Source of the DNA: a virus | Length of the DNA: 64,000 nt | Virus record (IMG/VR): IMGVR_UViG_3300009130_000012 | Location: 36,845 to 100,844 of that record | Reading direction: 5' to 3' (one strand) | Part shown: piece by piece, positions 55,842 through 64,000 of the stretch | How the letters are laid out: every line of letters begins with the position of its first letter | Numbering within the stretch: position 1 is the first letter of the stretch | The notes under the pieces: model-generated | What the model saw: only the letters and a program-made list of their open reading frames with translations | What the model was told of the DNA's origin: nothing | Database searches by the model: none | Made by a program: the position numbers and the translations under genes

Positions 55842-56817
55842 GCGGAAGAAACGTGGCTAGGGAGCCTCCCCCTGGTCTCGGAACTTCTATTGACAAATCA
55901 ACATCACAATTGTTATCATCGTAGAATTTTCTAAATTCTCTTGATTCAAACATTGGCATGGTATCAATCATATCACTAAGTTGTCTTTTATCAGTAACAC
56001 CATCGATTGATACAATTTGTCTTTTTAACTGAGAAGTCACAGCTTTATCAATCATTATTCCTTTTTTCTTATTTTCTTCAGATTCTTCAGCTAATTCATC
56101 AACATCCTTAACCGTAAGTAATCTATACTTGAATATTCTACCTTTTTTACTTTTAAATGTAAAAACACCATTTTCGTCTGGTTCAATATTTAAATATTCA
56201 ATTTTAAGTGACGCTAAGTCAACAGTGTGTTCAAATTGTTCACCAGTATCTGGGTCTATGAAATATGCTAAATAATCATGACCATATCCAGTACCACGTA
56301 ACCATATTAATAATGCATTTCTATCACCAACACATAAATCTTCGTAACTTATTCTATTATCTAATATTTTTCTATTAAATAAGTAAGATAAAAACTCTCC
56401 AGACTCTAACATACCAGGTGAAGTTAAAATATCCTCATCCTTAGTGGTCATATAAGCCATTTTAAGCATGCCGTTATCAATTCCGTATAGTTTACCATTA
56501 GAAGGTAATTTAACCATCTCAAACGGTGCGTTATAATCCTTCTCAACTTCATTGGATGGTCGAGTTTTATTCAACGTCACGATATTACTTTGTGTATCTT
56601 GAGATTCCTCAGATACCATGGGTTCATTACTAGATGGTGCAGTATCTTTGTTACCATACTTAGCATTTCTTTCCTCTAGTTGTTTTTGTGTACGTTCACG
56701 CATTTCTTCAAGAGCTTTTCTATGTTCTTCATTAACTGCATTATCTATACCATAATCATAATTCGCATCGGAATTTAGATTATTTTTAAAAACATCTGGT
56801 TTTTTTTGTTCTTCCAT
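55810..56817 (-). CDS. Baseplate hub assembly/tail chaperone (T4 gp26-like)
   Basis: VKLPSNGKLY, YMTTKDEDILT, GDRNALLIWLR..GYG, VDL..L and an FFW end. Confidence 0.75.
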   Translation of the reverse strand: MEEQKKPDVFKNNLNSDANYDYGIDNAVNEEHRKALEEMRERTQKQLEERNAKYGNKDTAPSSNEPMVSEESQDTQSNIVTLNKTRPSNEVEKDYNAPFEMVKLPSNGKLYGIDNGMLKMAYMTTKDEDILTSPGMLESGEFLSYLFNRKILDNRISYEDLCVGDRNALLIWLRGTGYGHDYLAYFIDPDTGEQFEHTVDLASLKIEYLNIEPDENGVFTFKSKKGRIFKYRLLTVKDVDELAEESEENKKKGIMIDKAVTSQLKRQIVSIDGVTDKRQLSDMIDTMPMFESREFRKFYDDNNCDVDLSIEVPRPGGGSLATFLPLGPTFFWAEL

Positions 56818-56917
56818 TATAATGTGTTTATATATTTAATATACTAAATAACTAGAATAATTCAATATTTTTTATTAAATTAATTGGTAAGCTATTTATA
56901 ATAAAAGATTGATTCTA

Positions 56918-58498
56918 ATGAAAATCAAAAAGAAATTTTTAACACTTAATGAAGCTATTGGTTCGCCAGATAAATTGGTGGTTGATGATAAGATAAAAAT
57001 CACTTTAGAAGATGGTAGAAACTTAGTATTAGTGATTACTAACATCAAAGGTGATGAATTAACATTAACAGATGGTAAAAGTCGTGTATATAAATTAAAT
57101 AAGAATCAATTAGTTAATGATAATACCACTATAGAATACTCAGTATATAGAAGTGGTAAAAAATCAATGAAAACTAAAACTCTTAAAAATAAAATTAGTT
57201 CCGTTACTTCAGATAATGATGAGGCTAATGTTGCTAAGGAAGATGAATTGTCTAAAGCTGAAAAAGAGACTGATAAAGAAGAGTTAACTAAAGAACAAGA
57301 AAGAGCTATTTTAAGTTTTTTTGGTGCAGCTAGTAGTCTTAGAAAAGGCGAAACTATCGTATTAAAAAATGGTAGTACTGAATTAGAATTATTATTAGAT
57401 ACTAAATTGCATGGTAATGCGGTGTCTATGGATTATGTGGCACACAGCGGTAATTTAGGTGAACATGAAAATGATATAGTTAATGCTATGGATATTATAT
57501 TTTACCCAAAAAGTACTAAATATAAGGATAATAAATATGAATTCATAGTTAATATAGAATTTAGTGATAAACCAAGTAAAAAAATAGGTTTAGGACCAAT
57601 AGAAGATTATCATATTGAAACAGGTGCTAAATTACAAAGTGAAGATAAATTTATTGATGATTTATTTAATATCGGCATCGGTAATAACTTTGTATTATAT
57701 GGTGAACCAGATGATTCTAGTTTTAAGAAAACCTCAGAATTATATTTTAATGTAATTACCAAAGATTTAAAAAATGGTAGGATAGAGGTTAAATATTTTA
57801 GAGGTACTAATGTTAAACCAGAAGATGGTAAAACGTTAGATAAAATTGCCAATAAAAGTTCATATTTAACTAGAAACTCATTTGAATTGATTGGAGATAA
57901 ATTTGGTGAACTAACTTTTTTTACTAAAGATGATAATATAAATATTAATGTTACAACTGATATTGATAAAATCAATAAATCTAAAAATGAGATTTCCGAT
58001 ACTTCATTCTATAAATTATCACCAGATAAACAAAAAGAAATATTCTTTAATAATTTACAAGTAAGACAATCTTATTTGAGAAGACCTACTTTATTAGGTA
58101 GAATATTTGGTAGAAAAGCAGTTGGGTTAATTCCAGCTATGCAAAAAGCGGATAGAGATAAGTTTGGTGATGGAGCTAAAAAATTTAAATCTAATAGAAA
58201 AGTTGCATTTAGTTTCGTGGGTGATATTGAAGACCCTTTTTATGATAATAGATTTATTGGTAAATATGAAAGTGGTGGTGAATTTGGTGGTGGTGTAATT
58301 AAACACCAACATAAAGATAGAAACAAAAATAAAATAAATTATCGTTCAACTTTACATATTAAAGATGTTGAGGATAACGAAGAGGATACCTATAACGTAT
58401 TAGTTATCACTGAGAAGGTTAATGAAACTCGTGGTACTAGTACTCAATACAAAAGATATATGTCCGTAATTAAAATAGAAAACTTTAATATTTCTTAA
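56918..58498 (+). CDS. Lys-rich hypothetical protein, possible internal virion protein; ATG at 56918 preferred
   Basis: Late-type motif at 56893; MKIKKKFLTLNE leader. Confidence 0.6.
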   Translation: MKIKKKFLTLNEAIGSPDKLVVDDKIKITLEDGRNLVLVITNIKGDELTLTDGKSRVYKLNKNQLVNDNTTIEYSVYRSGKKSMKTKTLKNKISSVTSDNDEANVAKEDELSKAEKETDKEELTKEQERAILSFFGAASSLRKGETIVLKNGSTELELLLDTKLHGNAVSMDYVAHSGNLGEHENDIVNAMDIIFYPKSTKYKDNKYEFIVNIEFSDKPSKKIGLGPIEDYHIETGAKLQSEDKFIDDLFNIGIGNNFVLYGEPDDSSFKKTSELYFNVITKDLKNGRIEVKYFRGTNVKPEDGKTLDKIANKSSYLTRNSFELIGDKFGELTFFTKDDNININVTTDIDKINKSKNEISDTSFYKLSPDKQKEIFFNNLQVRQSYLRRPTLLGRIFGRKAVGLIPAMQKADRDKFGDGAKKFKSNRKVAFSFVGDIEDPFYDNRFIGKYESGGEFGGGVIKHQHKDRNKNKINYRSTLHIKDVEDNEEDTYNVLVITEKVNETRGTSTQYKRYMSVIKIENFNIS

Positions 58499-58502
58499 TT
58501 AG

Positions 58503-60998
58503 ATGGCTAAAGGATTTACAAAAAAAGAATTAGAAGCGATGTTATCTTCTCAACTACAGGTTGAGAAGAGTTTACGTAATGTTAATGAATTGCTTAAAGA
58601 ACAAGCTGAACTAACTCGTCAGATTAATCACTTTAATAAAGTAAATGAAAGTCTTACTGAAGAAATATCTAAAAACGAAAAAGAAATTAATGACCTTAAA
58701 AGTAAGGTATCTTTAACTGCTGAAGAAGAAGACCGTTTAGCATTAGTAAAAGAAAATAAAAAGGTTAATGAAGACCAATTAAAGACTAATAAAGATATGC
58801 TTAAGTCTTTAAAATCTCAAAAAAATATTAACCAACAAATATTAACTACCGATACACTTAGACGTGCGGTAACTAATGATATACTTAAAGGTACTGTTAA
58901 TTTAGGTAAGTCATTATGGAAAAATAGGGGCTATTATGATGAGCAATTAAAAGCACTTAAAAAAACTGAGCTTAGTGTTGGTATCATAGGTAAACAAACT
59001 AAAGAGTTTAGAAATACTTTAACTACTGCAGCTATGACTACTAACATGATGGGTGCTAATGTTAGTGATTTAGCTGAATTACAAGCTGGATTTAGTGAAG
59101 GTATTGGTAGAGCAACTAGATTAACTGAAGATGGTGCTATCGCTATGGCGGCATTATCTGAAGGTACAGTATTAGGTAAGGAAGGGGCGATAGAACTTAC
59201 TACCCAAATGGATAAGTTTAATATTAGTGCTGAAGCTACTAAAGACTTCATGGATGAAACATTAAACGCCGCTCTTAGAATGGGTGTTAATTCAGCAAAA
59301 GCCACTAAAAACTTAACTAAGTCATTAAGATTAGCTCAAACATATCGTTTTAGAAACGGTGTTAAAGACGCTACCGAAATGGCGGTACAAGCAGCTAAAT
59401 TTAATTTTGAGCTAGAAGGTGCTGCTAAAATGGCTGAAGGGTTACTTAATCCAGAAGGTGCTGTTGATATGGCTGCTAAATTACAAGTATTAGGTGGTGC
59501 ATGGGCTAATTTAGCTGACCCGTTCCAATTAATGTTCCAAGCTAGAAATGATATGAAAGGTTTACAAGATAGTATCATTAATGCAACTAAAGGGATAGCA
59601 ACATTTAATAGAGAAACTGGTGAGATTGAAATGTCAGCATTAGAAATGCATAGATTAAGAGAAATTGCTAATGCTACAGGTATGGAGTTCGAAAATCTTA
59701 ATAACACTGCTAGACAGATGGCTAAATCTTTAGAGATTGAAGGTAGAATTAATGCAAATGTTGATGATGACTTAATGGATTTTATTAGTACTACAGCTCA
59801 ATTCGATAAAGATAAGGGCGAATTCTATATTAATATTGCTGGTCAAAAGAAATTTGTAAATCAACTTACTAAAGAAAATAACAAAAGTATTAAAGCGATG
59901 AAAGAACAGAAGACTACGGCTGAAGAAAATGCTAAAGCTTCTAAAACTTTCGACGAAACTTGGAATAATTTAAAGAATACATTTAAAACCGCATTATTAC
60001 CAGCATTTAGTGCTTTAGATACAGAATTAAATAAAGGTATGCAAGAATTTATTGGTTATCTTAAAAAAGAGGATTTCTTAAAAAAGATGGTTGATATTGG
60101 TAAATTCTTAGGTGGTGCAGTAACAGAAATAGGGGAATTCATAAGTAAAGACCCAGTTGGAGCGATTACTAAAGCTTTAGGTGCTTTCGGATTATTTAAA
60201 TTTGCACAGTGGTTTACTAATGGTTTATGGTTAGCTAAAGGTTTTAAAGCTGGAGCTGGTGGTTCTGGAGGTGGTGGAGGTATGTTCGACTCACTATTAG
60301 GTAGTAGTAGGGGTAGTAAAACATCTAAAATGTCTAAAGCTAGATATGCTAGAAGATTTGGTGAAAAAGCTGCAGCTAAAAACTTCGGGGCTTTTGGAAA
60401 GTTCGGTAAATTCTCTAAGATTGGTAAATTTGCTAAAGGTGGTGGTGCATTAGCAGCATTAGGTGCTGGAATGGATTTAATTGGTAACCTTGGTGATGAC
60501 CAATTAAGTTTAGGTGATTCACTACTAAAAACTTTAGACCAGAATAAAGGTATGGCTATGGGTGCTGCAATTGGTAGTATTATACCTGGCGTTGGTACAG
60601 CTATTGGTGCTGGAATAGGTGGATTAGCCGACTTATTTATGGGTGAAATCGGAGATTATGGTCCAGTAGGTGGTGTAGGTCAAGTACATCAAGACTTTGT
60701 TATGCGTCCTGGTCAACCAGCTACACCGTTTACATCTAAAGATACTTTAATAGGATTAAAAGATGGAGGACCTATAGAAAAATCTTTTGGTAAAGTAAAT
60801 GGTGGTGGAGTCGCTTCAGAAACAAAAGTTAAAGTTGACCCAATTAAGATTGAAGGTACTATTAAACTAGAAGGTTCTGGTGGTACTTCAGCCGAAATAG
60901 ATTTAAATAATACTAAACTAATGAATGAGGTTTCTAGAATGGTTCAAGAAACTATAGCTAAGAATATAAATGGTGGTAGATTAAGTCCTAATGTTTAG
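58503..60998 (+). CDS. Tape measure protein
   Basis: Coiled-coil Ala/Met/Leu-rich body, Gly-rich hydrophobic GAAIGSIIPGVGTAIGAGIGG segment and a DFV.RPG...D...G.K C-terminus; sits downstream of the tube gene. Confidence 0.8.
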   Translation: MAKGFTKKELEAMLSSQLQVEKSLRNVNELLKEQAELTRQINHFNKVNESLTEEISKNEKEINDLKSKVSLTAEEEDRLALVKENKKVNEDQLKTNKDMLKSLKSQKNINQQILTTDTLRRAVTNDILKGTVNLGKSLWKNRGYYDEQLKALKKTELSVGIIGKQTKEFRNTLTTAAMTTNMMGANVSDLAELQAGFSEGIGRATRLTEDGAIAMAALSEGTVLGKEGAIELTTQMDKFNISAEATKDFMDETLNAALRMGVNSAKATKNLTKSLRLAQTYRFRNGVKDATEMAVQAAKFNFELEGAAKMAEGLLNPEGAVDMAAKLQVLGGAWANLADPFQLMFQARNDMKGLQDSIINATKGIATFNRETGEIEMSALEMHRLREIANATGMEFENLNNTARQMAKSLEIEGRINANVDDDLMDFISTTAQFDKDKGEFYINIAGQKKFVNQLTKENNKSIKAMKEQKTTAEENAKASKTFDETWNNLKNTFKTALLPAFSALDTELNKGMQEFIGYLKKEDFLKKMVDIGKFLGGAVTEIGEFISKDPVGAITKALGAFGLFKFAQWFTNGLWLAKGFKAGAGGSGGGGGMFDSLLGSSRGSKTSKMSKARYARRFGEKAAAKNFGAFGKFGKFSKIGKFAKGGGALAALGAGMDLIGNLGDDQLSLGDSLLKTLDQNKGMAMGAAIGSIIPGVGTAIGAGIGGLADLFMGEIGDYGPVGGVGQVHQDFVMRPGQPATPFTSKDTLIGLKDGGPIEKSFGKVNGGGVASETKVKVDPIKIEGTIKLEGSGGTSAEIDLNNTKLMNEVSRMVQETIAKNINGGRLSPNV

Positions 60999-61543
60999 TA
61001 ATCGTCGATTATTGAGTAGTTTCCAGATTCAAATTCTACTTCAATTTCATTAATAGCATAATCGGATAACTTATTATTATCAAGTAACGAGATATACTTT
61101 TCTATAGCGTTTACTTTTTCTTCATAGAATATATTATCCGTATCATTTTCAATATTGGTTCTGAACATACTTTCGTAAGTCGATTTTAGTCTATCGGTTA
61201 AATTAACCGAGTATATCTGAACTTCTCCGTTAAATAAGAATGATTCTAAATTTGAAAGATTTACTTCGACAATTCTTGATGTACCGTTAAAACTTTTGTT
61301 CTCGATATTATAAATCGAATTAAATTCAATGTTGATAAGTCCTTTATCTTTTAAAGATGACATTAATCTTTGTAATTTTCTAGTATCGAATGATAATGCC
61401 TTACAGATTGTGTCATTTCTTTGAATAAACTTCTGATTATTTAATGTGAATGACTTTAGGTAAGATAGTAATAATTTCTCTCCGTCTTTAAGTTTATCAG
61501 TTGATAGAATCCTAGTATCGATTCTAATAAATTGTTTATTCAT
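60995..61543 (-). CDS. Winged-HTH protein resembling phage/plasmid replication-initiator N-termini (HTH_36-like); ATG at 61543 preferred
   Basis: FIRID..IL....L..GEKLLLSYL......F...NDTICKAL......LQRLMSSLKDKGLI pattern. Confidence 0.7.
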   Translation of the reverse strand: MNKQFIRIDTRILSTDKLKDGEKLLLSYLKSFTLNNQKFIQRNDTICKALSFDTRKLQRLMSSLKDKGLINIEFNSIYNIENKSFNGTSRIVEVNLSNLESFLFNGEVQIYSVNLTDRLKSTYESMFRTNIENDTDNIFYEEKVNAIEKYISLLDNNKLSDYAINEIEVEFESGNYSIIDDY

Positions 61544-61556
61544 AAAATTTAGTTTG

Positions 61557-61582
61557 AAAAAGAGGTGGTATAAAACCACCCC
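61557..61582 (-). terminator. Terminator-like hairpin in the leader of the wHTH gene
   Basis: Minus strand GGGGTGGT-tttat-ACCACCTC-TTTTT. Confidence 0.55.
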
Positions 61583-61611
61583 TAATTAGTAACACAATAA
61601 AACGATTTACA

Positions 61612-61642
61612 CAAATTTACTTCATTTAATATACCAAACCAA
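61612..61642 (-). promoter_or_regulatory. Bacteroidota-type promoter of the wHTH gene
   Basis: TTG (61642-61640), N20, TAAATTTG (61619-61612). Confidence 0.65.
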
Positions 61643-61672
61643 CTTTTTTTAACTTTTTTACACTTTATAGAT

Positions 61673-61843
61673 ACGACAAATATATCATAGCCAGGTCATG
61701 ACAAAAATGACGTCAACTAACGACAAAAATGTCATGTCCAGGTCATGACAAATATGTCATGAGTATATTAGATATTTATTAGAATAATAATTAGAATAAT
61801 ATTATATATAATAATTAATATTATAATTATATTAATAATATAA
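61673..61843. repeat. Four 16-bp palindromic repeats plus an AT-only tract (origin-like)
   Basis: ACGACAAATATATCAT (61673), ATGACAAAAATGACGT (61698), ACGACAAAAATGTCAT (61720), ATGACAAATATGTCAT (61745); 49 bp with no G or C at 61795-61843. Confidence 0.85.
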
Positions 61844-61893
61844 GGGATTTTTGAAAATTGAATTCTTAGATATTTATTAATAAACAATTTAGT

Positions 61894-64000
61894 ATGCCTA
61901 ACGATATTAATAGTCTTTCACCAGATATTAGAGATGTAATTTTAAATAGAAATTTACGTCTACCAGAATATATTGAAGGATATAATTATGATAATTATGC
62001 TAGTGGTGTAAATGGTCAAGGTATTGGAGAACCTGCTGATGTAGGCAATGTATTAGCTGTTAAAGAGTTAGTTGACGCTACTAATATAGGTGTATATTAC
62101 AGGACTTTACAAACTGTAGGTAATCAGTATCAACCTTTAGAAAATGAAGAGGTTAATATTATAGTAAACACTAGTTCAAGTAGTAGTGATGGTGAATACG
62201 GTATATCTAATAGTACTGATTTTGGTAATGAAAATAATGAATTATCAAATGGATATAGATTTGATAATCTAAGAGCTAATTTCTATTCAATAGAAAATTT
62301 ACAAAGAGTATCTATAAATCAAAATCCATTGGTTAGAACTCGTAGAGTTGGTAGTTATTTAGATGAATATGGAAATATCAACCTAGGAGGTTATTCGGTT
62401 GAACCTATCAACGTACTTGGTAGTTTAGCTGGAGGTGGTTTATTATCTGATGGTCAAGGCGGAGTAGATACTTCATTTGATATTAGGTCAAGTATACTAG
62501 GTAGGACTTTAACTGCGGTAGGTGCATTAGATGATACACCTTTAGGGGTAATCGGAGGACAAGCATTAGCTAGTCAATTTTTCAATAATGTTGCTAACAA
62601 CGCACAACAGGAAGTATTAGGTAAAATTAACGACCCTTTAAGTATCCTTAAGGGTGATTTATTTGTTGAAGAATATAGAATTACTTCAACAAATACATTT
62701 TTAGATATCGGTACAGATTTATTAGGATTTAATATCCCAATTTCAACTTTACCTAAAGATATATTTTTTGGTGATAATAACGTACTTGGTGGAAATATAG
62801 CTAGAGCTAATTCAATTATTGAAAGAACTGGTTCTGGACAAAATAAACAACGTAATAGACAATTAAACGAAAATAGATTTAGAGCGGGGTTTACAGATAT
62901 TAATTCAGATATTAGTTCTTGGTATGTTTACATGACTGATGAGGGTGATATAACCACATTAGAGGAGAGAATTTTAGATTCATTTAGTCCAAACAACGTA
63001 TTATTACCAATTGCCGAGAATTTCGGGGTTAATGGTGGTTTAGGTTCAAGTCCTAAAACTTTTGATAATATCAAGGAAAATTTCGATAATCTTTACAGAA
63101 CGAATTCAAATTCCGATGGTTATGGACTATCTTGGGATGAACCAAATGATGAAGGTAGATTAGATACTGATGCATTATTACAATCTAATTCTATCGGTTT
63201 AGCACCCAACCCTAATTCATTACTATTAAAAACTAAAGCACTTTTTGATACTGGATTCATAAAAACTTTAGATGCAAAAAAATTTAAACTTGATTCAATT
63301 AGTGAAGTTCAAACTGCTGGTTTTAAAGAAGGTTCTACTTTGTTCATATCCAAAGGTAGTGCTGTGCGTAATCCAGATACTGGAGAATTCTGTAGAGTTT
63401 GGACTAAAAAAGATGGGTACGATACAGTATCTGATTTACAGAAGAATAGTGGGCTATTAAATAGATATGAAAATAGTAGCCCTGCATTATCGGTATTACA
63501 AGATAATGGGTTTGTTAAAATATCACCTCAAATAGGTGATAAAAAGGAAGATATAAAAAAATATATGTTTTCTATTGAAAATCTAGCTTGGAGTGGTTCT
63601 AATTTATTAAAAAGTTTACCAGACTGTGAAGTAGGTCCAGGTGACCCAGTAACCAAAACTAACGGTAGAATTATGTGGTTCCCACCATATGAATTGTCAT
63701 TCAATGATAATACTTCAGTTAAATGGGAAAGTCACGATTTTATAGGTAGAGGTGAGCCAGTTTACACTTATACCAATTCTGAAAGAAGCGGTAACTTATC
63801 ATTTAAAATGATTGTTGACACTCCAGATAATGTTAATGCTTTAGCTAAAACTTCATTAAATGATGAGGTTAGACAGCAATTAGTCGCTATGTTCTCTGGC
63901 TGTATTGATGATATCCCATTGAATATCCAACAAATGATGAGTGAGGATGAAAAACGAGCTAAAATGGTTAGTGACGCTAAAAAACCAACTACTAAAAATG
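61894..64000 (+). CDS. Large baseplate/tube-initiator-like protein, partial (runs off the window)
   Basis: MPNDINSLSP start after a TATTTAT motif (61871); in-frame YMFSIENLAW, RIMWFPPY and W..HDFIGRGEPVYTY.NSERSG.LSFK. Frame spot-checked, not read codon by codon. Confidence 0.7.
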   Translation, partial: MPNDINSLSPDIRDVILNRNLRLPEYIEGYNYDNYASGVNGQGIGEPADVGNVLAVKELVDATNIGVYYRTLQTVGNQYQPLENEEVNIIVNTSSSSSDGEYGISNSTDFGNENNELSNGYRFDNLRANFYSIENLQRVSINQNPLVRTRRVGSYLDEYGNINLGGYSVEPINVLGSLAGGGLLSDGQGGVDTSFDIRSSILGRTLTAVGALDDTPLGVIGGQALASQFFNNVANNAQQEVLGKINDPLSILKGDLFVEEYRITSTNTFLDIGTDLLGFNIPISTLPKDIFFGDNNVLGGNIARANSIIERTGSGQNKQRNRQLNENRFRAGFTDINSDISSWYVYMTDEGDITTLEERILDSFSPNNVLLPIAENFGVNGGLGSSPKTFDNIKENFDNLYRTNSNSDGYGLSWDEPNDEGRLDTDALLQSNSIGLAPNPNSLLLKTKALFDTGFIKTLDAKKFKLDSISEVQTAGFKEGSTLFISKGSAVRNPDTGEFCRVWTKKDGYDTVSDLQKNSGLLNRYENSSPALSVLQDNGFVKISPQIGDKKEDIKKYMFSIENLAWSGSNLLKSLPDCEVGPGDPVTKTNGRIMWFPPYELSFNDNTSVKWESHDFIGRGEPVYTYTNSERSGNLSFKMIVDTPDNVNALAKTSLNDEVRQQLVAMFSGCIDDIPLNIQQMMSEDEKRAKMVSDAKKPTTKN

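Noticed and set aside
1525-59707. Many short ORFs antisense or out of frame within long genes (e.g. 1525, 3363, 5822, 8324, 24484, 30063, 38300, 50266, 53363, 58934, 59336)
   Set aside because: They are shadows of well-supported genes, with no motifs or independent expression signals.
61673-61760. Repeats read as a mini CRISPR array
   Set aside because: Repeats are 16 bp with 6-9 bp spacers, and two of the spacers are near-identical; no cas genes.
63272-63460. 62-aa ORF in the track
   Set aside because: It lies out of frame inside the long ORF starting at 61894, which the track omits because it has no stop in the window.
1-64000. Stop-codon recoding as in some Bacteroidota phages
   Set aside because: Long genes are intact in code 11, and TAG serves as a plausible stop (e.g. 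43739, 60998).
1-64000. tRNA, rRNA or integrase/IS elements
   Set aside because: Intergenic gaps are short and AT-rich with no cloverleaf signatures seen; no transposase or integrase motifs.

Overview
This AT-rich (~30% GC by eye), densely coding window looks like part of a large contractile-tailed (jumbo myo-type) phage genome in the standard genetic code. A Bacteroidota/Flavobacteria host is inferred from TTG-N20-TAnnTTTG promoters and the near absence of Shine-Dalgarno sequences. Layout: (1) 0.2-10.3 kb, minus strand: PhoH, an amino-sugar/glycosyltransferase cluster, dUTPase and a degenerate HD protein. (2) 10.4-12.6 kb: probable head/internal proteins, including a WYL protein. (3) 12.7-27.9 kb and 37.6-50.8 kb: about 13 Thr/Gly/Ser-rich fibre/adhesin genes built from shared interchangeable modules. 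(4) 28-37.6 kb: family B DNA polymerase, neck/tail-terminator genes, glutaredoxin, an SNF2 helicase and a free-standing degenerate intein. (5) 51-64 kb: sheath, tube, hub/chaperone, tape measure and a partial baseplate gene, interrupted by an opposite-strand nuclease moron and by a wHTH initiator-like gene beside a four-repeat plus AT-rich origin-like element. Best candidates for an undescribed system: a virion-glycosylation system (GT cluster plus a recurrent [S/T]-G-x-T motif enriched in external virion proteins); a combinatorial fibre repertoire with a visible deletion scar; a domesticated intein; an iteron-type origin cassette; and a +1 frameshift in the hub/chaperone gene. All product calls come from motif recognition by eye; no database searches were run.
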